Shown piece after piece: positions 1 to 9,398 of a stretch of 64,000 nt of DNA. Position numbers and translations under genes: made by a program. Positions within the stretch are counted from its first letter, which is position 1, and every line of letters begins with the position of its first letter. Origin of the DNA: Pseudomonadota bacterium. Its GTDB lineage: Bacteria > Pseudomonadota > Alphaproteobacteria > Rhodobacterales > Rhodobacteraceae. Location of the stretch: the NCBI GenBank assembly GCA_049324535.1, contig JBMOOG010000020.1, forward strand, positions 287 through 64,286, given 5' to 3'. The notes beneath the pieces were generated by a model. That model was not told where the DNA came from, ran no database searches, and was given only the letters and a program-made list of their open reading frames with translations.

Positions 1-1717
1 GGTTCATCAGGAAGTTGACCACGGCGACCGGCGCGCGCAGCAGCACCTCGCGCGACCGTTTCCGGGTGCCCTCCTCCTCGAGCTGGCGCAGGATCTGGAG
101 CGCCAGGCTGTCGTCCGACCGGATGATGCCGGTGCCGTGGCAGTGCGAGCAGGGTTGGGTCGTCGATTCCAGCATGCCCGGGCGCAGCCGCTGCCGGCTC
201 ATCTCCAGAAGGCCGAAGCCCGAGATCCGGCCGACCTGGATGCGGGCGCGGTCGGTCTTGAGCTTTTCCTTGAGGCGCTTCTCGACCGCGGCGTTGTTCT
301 TGCGCTCTTCCATGTCGATGAAGTCGATGACGATCAGCCCCGCAAGGTCGCGCAGGCGGAGCTGGCGCGCGATCTCCTCGGCGGCCTCGAGGTTGGTCTT
401 GAGCGCCGTCTCCTCGATCGAGCCTTCCTTGGTGGCGCGCCCCGAGTTCACGTCGATGGCGACCAGCGCCTCGGTCACGCCGATGACGATGTAGCCGCCC
501 GACTTCAGCTGCACGACCGGATTGAACATGCCCGCCAGATAGGTCTCGACCTGATAGCGCGCGAAGAGCGGCAGCGGCTCGTTGTAGAGCTTCACGTTCT
601 TCGCGTGGGACGGCATGATCATCTTCATGAAGTCCTTGGCCGCGCGATAGCCCTTCTCGCCCTCGACCAGAACCTCGTCGATGTCCTTGTTGTAGAGATC
701 GCGGATCGACCGCTTGATGAGGTCGCCCTCCTCGTAGATCGGAGCCGGCGCGATCGAGCGCAGCGTCAGGTCGCGGATCTGCTCCCAGAGCCGCATGAGG
801 TATTCGTAGTCGCGCTTGATCTCGGTCTTCGTGCGCTGGCTGCCGGCGGTGCGGATGATCAGGCCGGCCCCTTCGGGCACCTCCATCTCGCCGGCGATCT
901 CCTTGAGCTTCTTGCGATCGACGGCGTTGGTGATCTTGCGGCTGATCCCGCCCCCGCGCGCGGTGTTCGGCATCAGCACGCAGTAGCGCCCCGCGAGCGA
1001 CAGATAGGTGGTGAGCGCCGCACCCTTGTTGCCGCGCTCTTCCTTGACCACCTGCACCAGCATGATCTGGCGGACCTTGACGACCTCCTGGATCTTGTAG
1101 CGGCGCGGCCGGGGCTTGCGCGGCTGGCGGATCTCTTCGGCGACGTCCTCTTCGGCGATCGATTCGATGTCGTCGTCGGTCTCGCTGGCGTGATCGGCCG
1201 CCACATAGGGCTCGTCGCTGCGCTCGCCGGCCGGGCTGTCACCCGAGGGCGCCGCCGCGGCCTCCGCGGCCGCCTCGGCGGACTCGGCCTCGGCCTCGAG
1301 GTCCACGACGGCCATGCCGGGGATCGCGTCGCTTGCGCTGACGGCGGCGCCGTCCTGCGACGCCTCGGCCCGGGGCGCGGGACGGCGGCGGCGCGGTCCG
1401 CGCGCTTCCTCGGCTTCCATCGCCTCGGCGTAGGCGCGTTCCTCGGCCAGAAGCGCCTGACGGTCCGCGACCGGGATCTGGTAGTAATCGGGGTGGATCT
1501 CGGCGAAGGCGAGGAACCCGTGACGGTTTCCGCCATAGTCCACGAAGGCCGCCTGAAGCGACGGCTCGACCCGCGTGACCTTCGCTAGATAGATGTTGCC
1601 CTGAAGCTGGCGCTTGTTGACGGTCTCGAAGTCGAATTCCTCGACCTTGTTTCCGTCCACCACCACCACGCGGGTCTCTTCCGCGTGGGTGGCGTCGATG
1701 AGCATCTTCTTTGCCAT
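1..1717 (-). CDS. rne: Ribonuclease E, N-terminal catalytic region (C-terminus lies off the left edge)
   Basis: Own translation of the minus strand from the ATG at 1717: MAKKMLIDATHAEETRVVVVDGNKVEEFDFETVNKRQLQGNIYLAKVTRVEPSLQAAF (S1 domain). LIVIDFIDMEE motif at about 310-340 and CSHCHGTG Zn-link at about 136-160. Absent from the ORF track because the frame is open at the window edge. Confidence 0.9.
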   Translation of the reverse strand, partial: MAKKMLIDATHAEETRVVVVDGNKVEEFDFETVNKRQLQGNIYLAKVTRVEPSLQAAFVDYGGNRHGFLAFAEIHPDYYQIPVADRQALLAEERAYAEAMEAEEARGPRRRRPAPRAEASQDGAAVSASDAIPGMAVVDLEAEAESAEAAAEAAAAPSGDSPAGERSDEPYVAADHASETDDDIESIAEEDVAEEIRQPRKPRPRRYKIQEVVKVRQIMLVQVVKEERGNKGAALTTYLSLAGRYCVLMPNTARGGGISRKITNAVDRKKLKEIAGEMEVPEGAGLIIRTAGSQRTKTEIKRDYEYLMRLWEQIRDLTLRSIAPAPIYEEGDLIKRSIRDLYNKDIDEVLVEGEKGYRAAKDFMKMIMPSHAKNVKLYNEPLPLFARYQVETYLAGMFNPVVQLKSGGYIVIGVTEALVAIDVNSGRATKEGSIEETALKTNLEAAEEIARQLRLRDLAGLIVIDFIDMEERKNNAAVEKRLKEKLKTDRARIQVGRISGFGLLEMSRQRLRPGMLESTTQPCSHCHGTGIIRSDDSLALQILRQLEEEGTRKRSREVLLRAPVAVVNFLMN

Positions 1718-2152
1718 GTAACTCTTTCGGATGCCCCGCGCCGCTCCGGCCCGGGCGGGCGGGAGCGGCGGAGGTCATGCTGTGCTGGGGCAATGGGCGG
1801 GCAACGCGTCGCGGACACCCCGGCACCTGGCCGGAGAGTCCGTTGCTGGCAGTCGCTTTGCCTCATCGCGGTTCGGTCCAAGACGCCTTCCGGCGCCCGT
1901 TTTCTGGCCCTTGTCCCTGTGGACGGTCGGGCGAATTGACGGCCCGGAGGCCGGTATTCAGCGCTGTGACACCGACACACCCCTCAAGGGGCGCCCTGCG
2001 TGAAACAGCAGCGAAACTGGTGGGCGCGGGTCGCGCAAGGCGCAGGCCCCGACCGCCGGCGCCGACATTAGCGGGGAACCGTTGCAAAAGACAATGCCGA
2101 TTTTGGCGGCCGCGCCCCGGGCGACCGCGCCGGCCCGGCCGGGGGGACGGGT
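1718..2152 (-). promoter_or_regulatory. Long upstream/leader region of rne (435 bp with no credible CDS)
   Basis: The only ORFs here are Arg/Pro/Gly-rich artefacts. RNase E genes in other bacteria carry long autoregulatory 5' UTRs. No specific motif was recognised. Confidence 0.35.
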
Positions 2153-3484
2153 TCAGAGGTAGTCCGACCGCTGCAACCCGTATTTCGCCATCTTCTCGTT
2201 CAGCGTGCGCCGCGGCAGGCAGAGCTCGTCCATGACCTGCGCGATCGAGCCCTTGTGCCGGCGCATGGAGTTGTCGATCAGCATCTTCTCGAAGCTTTCG
2301 ACATACTCCTTGAGCGGCTTGCCCTCGGTGGTGATCGCGGGCCCGGTCTCCTCGTTGTCGGCCATCAGCAGCGACGCGATCGACCCCGATCCGCGCCGGT
2401 TCTGCAACACGGCGCGTTCGGCCACGTTGATGAGCTGGCGCACGTTGCCGGGCCAGGGCGCCTGCAAGAGCTGCGCCGCCTCCTGCGCCGTGACCTGCGG
2501 CGCGTCGCAGCCGTATTCCTCGGCGAACTGTTCGGACACGCGGGTGAAGAGTGTCAGGATGTCCTCGCCGCGCGCGCGCAGCGGCGGCAGCGTGATCTTG
2601 AGCGCGGCGAGACGGAAGAAGAGATCCGGGCGCAGCGCGTCCTCGAGCGTGCGCCCCTCGCCATGCGTGTTGCAGATCGCGATGATCCGGGTCTCGGGCG
2701 GCGTTCCCTGGTCGTTGATGAAGGTGAGAAGCCGCGCCTGCATCGGCTGGCTCAGCGCCTCGATGTCCTCGAGCACCAGTGTTCCGCCGCGCGCCTCCTC
2801 GACCAGCGGGATCTGTCCGCCCTCGTCCATCGGGCCGAAGAGGCGCCGCGCCAGCTGATCCTCGGAAAAGGCCGCGCAGCTGACGACCACGAATTTCCGG
2901 CCCGCCCGGGGACCGACCGCGTGGAGCGCATGGGCGACCAGCGTCTTGCCCGTCCCGGTCTCGCCGTCGATCAGCACATGGCCGTCGGCCTGCCCCAGAT
3001 CGAGGATGTCCTCGCGCAGGCGCTCCATCGCCGGCGAGGCGCCGATGAGCTTCTTCATGATGCCCGAGCCGTCGCTCAGCTCCTTGCGCAGGGCGCGGTT
3101 GTCGAGCGTCATCCGCCGCGCCTGGCTGGCGCGCTTGGCCAGTTCGGTCATCCGGTCGGGGTTGAACGGCTTTTCGAGAAAGTCGTAGGCGCCGATGCGC
3201 ATGGCCTCGACCGCCATCGGCACGTCGCCGTGGCCGGTGATCATGATCACCGGCAGGCCGCTGTCCACGCTCATCAGCCGGCGCAGGAAGGCCATGCCGT
3301 CCATGCCGGGCATCTTGATGTCGCTGACGACGACGCCGGGCCAGTCGGCCCCGATCGCCTTCAGCGCCTCTTCGGCGCTGGCGTAGGTCTCGGTGTCGAA
3401 GCCCGACAGCGCCAGCCACTGGCTGACCGACTGCCGCATGTCCTGCTCGTCATCGACGATCGCCACTTTCATCGCACGCGCCAT
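2153..3484 (-). CDS. NtrC/DctD-family response regulator (REC + AAA+ + Fis-type HTH) lacking the GAFTGA loop
   Basis: REC domain (VAIVDDEQDMR...SDIKMPGMDG). Walker A GETGTGKT and Walker B GGTLVLEDIE. C-terminal HTH (GSIAQVMDELCLPRRTLNEKMAKYGL). Between LFG and GGTL there are only 15 aa (PMDEGGQIPLVEEAR) and no GAFTGA. Confidence 0.85.
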   Translation of the reverse strand: MARAMKVAIVDDEQDMRQSVSQWLALSGFDTETYASAEEALKAIGADWPGVVVSDIKMPGMDGMAFLRRLMSVDSGLPVIMITGHGDVPMAVEAMRIGAYDFLEKPFNPDRMTELAKRASQARRMTLDNRALRKELSDGSGIMKKLIGASPAMERLREDILDLGQADGHVLIDGETGTGKTLVAHALHAVGPRAGRKFVVVSCAAFSEDQLARRLFGPMDEGGQIPLVEEARGGTLVLEDIEALSQPMQARLLTFINDQGTPPETRIIAICNTHGEGRTLEDALRPDLFFRLAALKITLPPLRARGEDILTLFTRVSEQFAEEYGCDAPQVTAQEAAQLLQAPWPGNVRQLINVAERAVLQNRRGSGSIASLLMADNEETGPAITTEGKPLKEYVESFEKMLIDNSMRRHKGSIAQVMDELCLPRRTLNEKMAKYGLQRSDYL

Positions 3485-3523
3485 ATCGACGTCACTCCCT
3501 TGTCTGGTCCCGCCCCTGCACCG

Positions 3524-5317
3524 TCATTCGGCGGCCTGCGGCTTTCCGACGGCCAGCGGCAACTGCACCTCGAACACCGCCCCGCCCCCCGGCGCGTTGC
3601 GCGCCGTCAGGCGCCCGCCGAGATCCTTCACGATGCCCGACGAGATCGCCAGTCCGAGGCCGACTCCCTCGCCGGGCTTCTTGGTGGTGTAGAACGGTTC
3701 GAACAGGTTTTCGAGATCGGCGATCCCGTGACCGTTGTCGCGCACGCTCAGCACCGCGCTTTCCCCCATGGTCAGCAGGATGTCGATCTGCGGATCGGCC
3801 GATCCCTTGGTCGCATCCAGCGCGTTGCGCAGCAGGTTGATGATCACCTGCTCCAGCCGGACGCGATCGGCCATCACCATGACCGGCCCGCGCGGCAGGG
3901 TCCGGGTGATCCTGACCGTCCGCGTGCGCAGCTGCGGCTCCATCATCGACAGCGCCGAGGACAGGCAGGTGCGGAAGTCCACCGGCTCCATGGCGTCGCC
4001 GCCCTTGCGCGCGTAGGACTTGAGCTGCCGGGTGATCGCGCCCATCCGCTCGATCAGGTCGTCGATCCGCTGGAAGGACGCGATGGCCTCCTCGGGCCGC
4101 TTGCGCTGCAAAAGCAGCCGCGCCCCCGCGAGATAGGTCTTCATCGCGGCCAGCGGCTGGTTCAGCTCATGGCTGACCGCCGCGGACATCTCGCCCAGCG
4201 CGGCCAGCTTGGAGGACTGGGCCAGCGTCTGTTCGGCGCTGGCGAGGTCCTTCTGGGCGCGCTCGCGCTCGGCGATCTCGCGCGAGAGGCGCGCGTTCAG
4301 CGCGCGCAGCTCGGCCGACTCGCGCCGGAAGACCGCCGACTGACGGCGTGCGCGCCGCGACAGCAGGTAGAAGGCGGTCGCCAGGATCATGGCAAAGACC
4401 ATGATCTCGAGCGCCAGCACCGCGTTCACCCGCTCGCGCACCGAATCGTAGGTCGAGAAGCTGACGATCCGCCAGCCCCGGAACGGCACCCGCGCCTCGG
4501 TCCGCATCACCGCGACGCCGCGCAGGTAGGCGTCCGGCGGCCGGTTGGTCAGATCGGCCGTCGCCTGAAGCGCGCGCGTCAGCACCGAGGGCGCCGAGCG
4601 CACCGCCAGCGCCTCGTCGAGGGTCAGTCCCCGCCAGCGCGGCTCGGAGGTCAGGATGATGGTGCCGGTGCTGTCGAGAACCGCCACCGCATCCGAGATC
4701 CCCGACCAGCCCCGTTCGAACTTGGTGAGCTCGGCCGCCACCACCACGACGCCCAGAACCTTGTTCTCGCCGATGACCGCGCGTGAATAGATGAACTGGA
4801 ACCCGCCCGCATCGGCCTTCCAGACCGTGAAGACGGTGTCCTTGGACCGCTGGGCATCGACGAAATAGGCCGCGTTCGCGTGGCTGGTCCCGATCAGGTT
4901 GCGGTTCGTCGCCGCCACCGTCCGCCCCTGCAGGTCGAGAAGCTGGATCGAGGCGGCGCCGATCTCCTCCTGCGCGCCGATCAGCCGCTGCGAGGTGGTG
5001 GAGTAGTTCGCGCTCTTCAGGGCCTCGATCAGCGCCGGGTCGCGCGCCAGCAGAAGCGGCACCACCGAGGTGCGCTTCAGCTCGCTCATGATGTTTCCGG
5101 AGTAGAGCGCGAGGCGCAGTTCGGCCCGCGACCGCGTGGTTTCGGTCAGGCCCTGGCTCAGAAAGGCGTTCGTCCCCCAGATCACCGCAACCGCGACCAG
5201 CGTCACCGCCAGAACCACGAGACGGCTCCACGGCAGGCGACGGCGCGCGGCATCCGCCCCCGGCGCGGGGGCGGCCGCCTCGGCGCCGGGTGTGGTGTCG
5301 GTCTTGGTCTCGGACAT
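3524..5317 (-). CDS. DctB-family sensor histidine kinase (periplasmic double-PAS/Cache-like sensor, HisKA, HATPase)
   Basis: Two TM segments flank a periplasmic domain of about 250 aa. H-box SHELNQPLAAM. N/G boxes (LLRNALDA, DNGHGI, GEGVGLGLAIS). Sits 39 bp upstream of the response regulator. Confidence 0.85.
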   Translation of the reverse strand: MSETKTDTTPGAEAAAPAPGADAARRRLPWSRLVVLAVTLVAVAVIWGTNAFLSQGLTETTRSRAELRLALYSGNIMSELKRTSVVPLLLARDPALIEALKSANYSTTSQRLIGAQEEIGAASIQLLDLQGRTVAATNRNLIGTSHANAAYFVDAQRSKDTVFTVWKADAGGFQFIYSRAVIGENKVLGVVVVAAELTKFERGWSGISDAVAVLDSTGTIILTSEPRWRGLTLDEALAVRSAPSVLTRALQATADLTNRPPDAYLRGVAVMRTEARVPFRGWRIVSFSTYDSVRERVNAVLALEIMVFAMILATAFYLLSRRARRQSAVFRRESAELRALNARLSREIAERERAQKDLASAEQTLAQSSKLAALGEMSAAVSHELNQPLAAMKTYLAGARLLLQRKRPEEAIASFQRIDDLIERMGAITRQLKSYARKGGDAMEPVDFRTCLSSALSMMEPQLRTRTVRITRTLPRGPVMVMADRVRLEQVIINLLRNALDATKGSADPQIDILLTMGESAVLSVRDNGHGIADLENLFEPFYTTKKPGEGVGLGLAISSGIVKDLGGRLTARNAPGGGAVFEVQLPLAVGKPQAAE

Positions 5318-5354
5318 CGGCGCAGTCTAACCCCGCGCCAAGGCCCCCCTCAAG

Positions 5355-6023
5355 TCACGCAACCGCCATGGCCGACAGGAGCGAGCGGAAAAGCACCGAT
5401 CCGTCGGTGCCGCCCTGCGCGGGATCCACCGCGCGCTCCGGGTGGGGCATCATCCCCAGCACCCGCCGGTTCTGCGACAGCACGCCCGCGATGTCGGCGA
5501 CCGAGCCGTTCGGGTTGGCCTCGTAGGTGAAGGCGATGCGGTCCTCGCCCCTCAGCCGCGCCAGACCCTCCGCGTCGATCTGGTAGTTGCCGTCGTGATG
5601 CGCCACCGGCAGGTCGAGCCGGTCGCCCGCGGCCCAGCCCGAGGTGAAGGCCGAACGCGCCGTCGCCACCCGCAGCCCGACCGTGCGGCAGACGAAGCGC
5701 AGTCCGGCGTTGCGCATGAGCGCCCCGGGCAAGAGGCCCGCCTCGGTCAGCACCTGGAACCCGTTGCAGATCCCCAGCACGTACCCCCCGCGCCCGGCAA
5801 AGTCGATGACCGCCGCCATGATCGGCGAACGCGCCGCGATCGCGCCGCAGCGCAGGTAGTCGCCGTAGGAAAATCCGCCCGGCACGCCCACCACGTCGGT
5901 TCCCGGCGGCAGGGCGCCGTCCTTGTGCCAGACCGGCACGACCTCGGCGCCGGCCAGACGGAACGCCTCGGCCAGGTCGCGGTCGCAGTTCGAGCCCGGA
6001 AAGGTGATGACGGCGGCCTTCAT
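5355..6023 (-). CDS. purQ: Phosphoribosylformylglycinamidine synthase subunit PurQ (glutaminase)
   Basis: [17 protein letters not shown]...GICNGFQ...HPER. Start moved to the internal ATG at 6023 (track ORF 5355..6152). Confidence 0.9.
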   Translation of the reverse strand: MKAAVITFPGSNCDRDLAEAFRLAGAEVVPVWHKDGALPPGTDVVGVPGGFSYGDYLRCGAIAARSPIMAAVIDFAGRGGYVLGICNGFQVLTEAGLLPGALMRNAGLRFVCRTVGLRVATARSAFTSGWAAGDRLDLPVAHHDGNYQIDAEGLARLRGEDRIAFTYEANPNGSVADIAGVLSQNRRVLGMMPHPERAVDPAQGGTDGSVLFRSLLSAMAVA

Positions 6024-6030
6024 GGCGTCC

Positions 6031-6094
6031 CCTTCTCGTTTGTCCAAATACCCTGCGGGGGTCCGGGGGCGCAAAGCCCCCGGGGCCCGCCCGC
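6031..6094. repeat. Intergenic repeat copy A (CTTCT..GTCCAAATACCC..GGGGG head plus GC hairpin CCGGGGGC-GCAAA-GCCCCCGG)
   Basis: Related to copies at 9338-9392 (inverted) and 13708-13810. Lies between purS and purQ. Confidence 0.6.
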
Positions 6095-6334
6095 TCAGAT
6101 CAGCTCGATCCGGTAGCTTTCGATCACGGTGTTGGCGAGCAGCCGCTCGCACATAGCCGTCACGTCCTTCTCGGCCGCGGCCCGGTCGGCAGTGGCGAGA
6201 TCCAGCTCGATCACCTTGCCCTGGCGCACGCCCTCGACCCCGCTGAACCCCAGCGCGGTCAGCGCGTGCCGCACCGCCTCGCCCTGCGGATCGAGAACGC
6301 CCGCCTTCAGCATCACCGTCACCCGCGCCTTCAT
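6095..6334 (-). CDS. purS: Phosphoribosylformylglycinamidine synthase subunit PurS
   Basis: [30 protein letters not shown]... Start at ATG 6334 with GAGG 6 nt upstream. The track start at 6355 is a TTG. Confidence 0.9.
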   Translation of the reverse strand: MKARVTVMLKAGVLDPQGEAVRHALTALGFSGVEGVRQGKVIELDLATADRAAAEKDVTAMCERLLANTVIESYRIELI

Positions 6335-6341
6335 GTCGACC

Positions 6342-6728
6342 TCATCTTGCTGCAACGCCGCTTTCCCAGCCGTCGTAATACCAGCCCTCCGCCGCGGCCT
6401 CGCGCGCGATCCGCAGGACCAGCGCGTCGAACGCGGCCGGGGCGACCGCGCTGTCGCGCTCGAGGATCAGCCCGTCCCCCGCCGCCGACAGGCGGCTGGT
6501 CAGGCCGAGCCGGGAAGCCATCGCCCGGATCGCCCGGTCGCCGCCCGGGCGGCGGACCGCCGGATCGGGGAAGAGGTAATGCGACACGAGGCGCGGCCGG
6601 GTGCCATCGTCCCCCATATCCGCCAGCGACGCCCGGATCATGCCGCTGCGCCGCACCTGCGCCACCTCGCGCTCCGTCAGGGGAACGGGGGGCAGGGCCG
6701 GGCCGGGAACCGTCGGTCCGTCGGCCAT
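6342..6728 (-). CDS. Hypothetical protein, RraB-like (regulator of RNase activity B fold) by motif resemblance
   Basis: The C-terminal 128 aa of track ORF 6342..7856 have normal composition: MADGPTVPG...RPRLVSHYLFPDP...AAAEGWYYDGWESGV. The ATG overlaps the purC stop (TGATG). The HYLF and YDGWE motifs resemble PF06877. Confidence 0.6.
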   Translation of the reverse strand: MADGPTVPGPALPPVPLTEREVAQVRRSGMIRASLADMGDDGTRPRLVSHYLFPDPAVRRPGGDRAIRAMASRLGLTSRLSAAGDGLILERDSAVAPAAFDALVLRIAREAAAEGWYYDGWESGVAAR

Positions 6729-7492
6729 CAGTTGATGAGCGTGGGCTTGCCGAGATGCGTCGCCGCCGTCGGCAGGACGCCCAGCCGCCGCGCCACCTCG
6801 GAATAGGCGTCGGTCAGGCTGCCGAGGTCGCGGCGGAACACGTCCTTGTCGAGCTTCTGCCCGGTCTTGATGTCCCAGAGCCGGCAGCTGTCGGGGCTGA
6901 TCTCGTCGGCGACGATCAGGCGCATGAAGTCGCCGTCCCAGATCCGCCCGATCTCGATCTTGAAGTCCACAAGCTTGATGCCGACCCCGTAGAACACCCC
7001 CGACAGGAAGTCGTTGACCCGGAGCGCGAGCGACACGATGTCGTCGAGATCCTGCTGGCTGGCCCAGCCGAAGGCCACGATATACTCCTCGCTGACCATC
7101 GGATCGCCGAGCGCGTCGTTCTTGTAGCTGTATTCGACGATGGGCCGCGGCAGGGGGGTCCCCTCCTCCATGCCCAGCCGCTTGGCGATCGAGCCTGCGG
7201 CGAAGTTGCGCACGATCACCTCGAGCGGGATGATCTCGACCTGCCGGATCAGCTGCTCGCGCATGTTGAGGCGGCGGATGAAGTGGTTGGGCACGCCGAT
7301 GTTCGAAAGCCCCTGCATGAAGAACTCGCTCAGCCGGTTGTTCAGCACGCCCTTGCCTTCGATCGTCGCCTTCTTCTGCGCGTTGAAGGCGGTGGCGTCG
7401 TCCTTGAAATACTGGATGAACGTGCCGGGCTCGGGACCTTCGTAGAGGATCTTCGCCTTGCCTTCGTAGATCTTCTTGCGACGAGGTGCCAT
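6728..7492 (-). CDS. purC: Phosphoribosylaminoimidazole-succinocarboxamide synthase
   Basis: [24 protein letters not shown]...[16 protein letters not shown]. Start moved to ATG 7492. Confidence 0.9.
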   Translation of the reverse strand: MAPRRKKIYEGKAKILYEGPEPGTFIQYFKDDATAFNAQKKATIEGKGVLNNRLSEFFMQGLSNIGVPNHFIRRLNMREQLIRQVEIIPLEVIVRNFAAGSIAKRLGMEEGTPLPRPIVEYSYKNDALGDPMVSEEYIVAFGWASQQDLDDIVSLALRVNDFLSGVFYGVGIKLVDFKIEIGRIWDGDFMRLIVADEISPDSCRLWDIKTGQKLDKDVFRRDLGSLTDAYSEVARRLGVLPTAATHLGKPTLIN

Positions 7493-7728
7493 GAACGCTC
7501 CGTTCGGCTGCGGGCGGACGTCCCGCATGCGGTCCGCCCCTTGCGGCCCCTATAGGCCAAAGGGTGCCGCCTCGCAAGGCGGCAGCCTGGTGGACCGCCC
7601 CCGGCGTGGGCCCGGCCCGGGACCGGCGGATGGGCGGGAGACCCTTGCAGGAACCCGCCGGCGCGGGCATATGAAGGCACAACGGGACACGCGCCGTGCT
7701 GCGGCGCCTTTCACAGACGGGGCCGGAC

Positions 7729-8043
7729 ATGACCACCTTCGACGACCGCGAGAACGCCTTCGAGAACAAGTTTGCCCATGACGAGCAGCTGCGGTTCAAG
7801 GCCGAGGCCCGCCGCAACAAGCTGCTCGGCCTCTGGGCCGCGGGCCTGATGGGCAAGTCGGGCGAAGCGGCCGAATCCTATGCGATGGAGGTCGTCGCCG
7901 CCGACTTCCAGGAAGCCGGCGACGAGGACGTGCTGCGCAAGGTGGTCGGCGATCTCGGCGGCAAGGCCGACGCCGCGACCGTGCGCGCGCGGATGGCCGA
8001 ACTGATGGTCGAGGCCAAGCGCCAGGTGATGGACGAGGCCTGA
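7729..8043 (+). CDS. DUF1476 protein / F1-ATPase inhibitor zeta subunit
   Basis: MTTFDDRENAFENKFAHDEQLRFKAEARRNKLLGLWAAGLMGK... closely resembles, from memory, the Paracoccus denitrificans zeta subunit (MTTFDDRERAHEAKFAHD...). Confidence 0.85.
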   Translation: MTTFDDRENAFENKFAHDEQLRFKAEARRNKLLGLWAAGLMGKSGEAAESYAMEVVAADFQEAGDEDVLRKVVGDLGGKADAATVRARMAELMVEAKRQVMDEA

Positions 8044-8250
8044 GCCGGCCCGGCGGTCCGGCCGGCCGCGCGTGCGGCGTGACGGTCCCTGGCGCGCCGG
8101 AGGGTCCGCTTCCGCCGACGCGCCTCATGATCGTCATGACCCTAATTCGTTTGAACTGTCGTGGCCCTCGTGGCACAGGAGGGCAACCGCCCTGCCCGCG
8201 CGTCGCCCGCGCGGGGACCGGTGGCCCTGCGGATCGGAAAAGGTGACGGC

Positions 8251-9264
8251 ATGAGCGACCGGCTCTCGCGACTGATGGCGGAACGCGACTGGCTGATGGC
8301 GGACGGCGCCACGGGAACCAATCTCTTCAACATGGGACTGGAGGCCGGCGAGGCGCCGGAGCTGTGGAACACCGCCGAGCCCGACAAGATCCGCGCGCTC
8401 TACCGCGGCGCGGTCGAGGCGGGGTCGGACATCTTCCTGACCAACAGCTTCGGGGCCAACGCCAGCCGGCTCCGGCTGCACGGCGCCGAAGCGCGCGTGC
8501 GCGAACTGAACCGGGTCGCGGCGAGCCTCGGCCGCGAGATCGCCGACGCCGCCGGGCGTCCCGTGATCGTGGCGGGATCGATGGGCCCGACCGGCGAGAT
8601 CATGGCGCCGATGGGCACGCTGACCCACGAGGCGGCGGTCGCGATGTTCCACGAGCAGGCCGAGGGGCTGAAGGAGGGCGGCGCCGACGTGCTCTGGGTC
8701 GAGACGATCTCGGCGGCCGAGGAATTCCGGGCGGCGGCCGAGGGCTGCCGGCTGGCCGGAATGCCTTGGTGCGGCACCATGAGCTTCGACACCGCCGGGC
8801 GGACGATGATGGGTCTCACCGCCGCCCAGCTCGCCGGCCTGGTCGAGAAGCTGCCCAATCCGCCGCTGGCCTTCGGCGCCAACTGCGGCGTGGGGGCGGC
8901 GGACCTTCTGCGCACGGTCATGGGCTTCGTCACCGCGGGGACCGAGCGGCCGATCATCGCCAAGGGCAACGCCGGCATCCCGAAGTATCACGAGGGGCAC
9001 ATCCACTACGACGGCACGCCCGAGCTGATGGCCGAATACGCCGTGCTGGCGCGCGACCTCGGCGCGACGATCATCGGGGGCTGCTGCGGCACCAAGCCCG
9101 TGCACCTCAGGGCGATGCGGGCAGCGCTCGAGTCCCGGCCGCAGGGACCGCGGCCGACGCTCGACGAGATCGCGGCCCGGCTCGGCGGCTTCTCCTCGGC
9201 CTCGGACGGAAGCGACGGCGAGGCCACGGCGTCGCGCGAGCGGCGCGGCCGGCGCCGGGGATGA
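8251..9264 (+). CDS. Homocysteine S-methyltransferase-domain protein (homocysteine-binding module; split MetH component or BHMT-like)
   Basis: MADGATGTNL, GANCGVG and IIGGCCGT (the Zn-binding Cys triad of Pfam S-methyl_trans). Start at ATG 8251 inside track ORF 8161..9264. Confidence 0.85.
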   Translation: MSDRLSRLMAERDWLMADGATGTNLFNMGLEAGEAPELWNTAEPDKIRALYRGAVEAGSDIFLTNSFGANASRLRLHGAEARVRELNRVAASLGREIADAAGRPVIVAGSMGPTGEIMAPMGTLTHEAAVAMFHEQAEGLKEGGADVLWVETISAAEEFRAAAEGCRLAGMPWCGTMSFDTAGRTMMGLTAAQLAGLVEKLPNPPLAFGANCGVGAADLLRTVMGFVTAGTERPIIAKGNAGIPKYHEGHIHYDGTPELMAEYAVLARDLGATIIGGCCGTKPVHLRAMRAALESRPQGPRPTLDEIAARLGGFSSASDGSDGEATASRERRGRRRG

Positions 9265-9337
9265 CGCGGCGCGCGCCCGCCCGCGGCGCCGACGCCGGAC
9301 GCCACGGCGAGACCGGCAAGCGGACAGGCGGGCGGAC

Positions 9338-9392
9338 GGGCGGGGGCTGCCCGCCCCCGGGCCCCCGGGGGTATTTCGGCGAAGAAGAAGAG
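9338..9392. repeat. Intergenic repeat copy B (inverted orientation: GC hairpin GGGCGGG/CCCGCCC + CCCCCGGGGGTATTTCGGCGAAGAAGAAG)
   Basis: Reverse complement of the head seen at 13710-13737. Lies between convergent genes. Confidence 0.65.
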
Positions 9393-9398
9393 GCCGGC

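Noticed and set aside
2255-4786. Very long ORFs on the opposite strand or in an alternate frame of real genes. Examples: 137..1588+, 2255..4786+, 8134..10452-, 8364..10604+, 11438..13432-, 13988..15937+, 16135..17685+, 22020..23207-, 24594..26384+, 26225..27757+, 32479..34437+, 39093..41057-, 47141..49165+, 49126..51156-, 59787..61628-.
   Set aside because: They are extremely Arg/Pro/Gly/Ala/His-rich and lack recognisable motifs. Each fully overlaps a gene with clear family signatures. This is the expected stop-codon depletion in roughly 68% GC DNA.
8171-8186. Sigma54-like TGGCAC motif.
   Set aside because: The downstream element reads GGCAA rather than TTGC(A/T) at the required spacing, and there is no associated enhancer-like repeat.
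8044-8250. Riboswitch (cobalamin or SAM-II/SAM-SAH) upstream of the homocysteine methyltransferase gene, and likewise at 10482-10631 upstream of the corrinoid protein gene.
   Set aside because: I could find no B12-box-like core and no AAAGCU-type SAM-II pseudoknot elements by eye. Only generic GC hairpins are present, for example CGGCCCATG...CATGGGCCG at about 10556-10595. An Infernal scan is needed before anything can be claimed.
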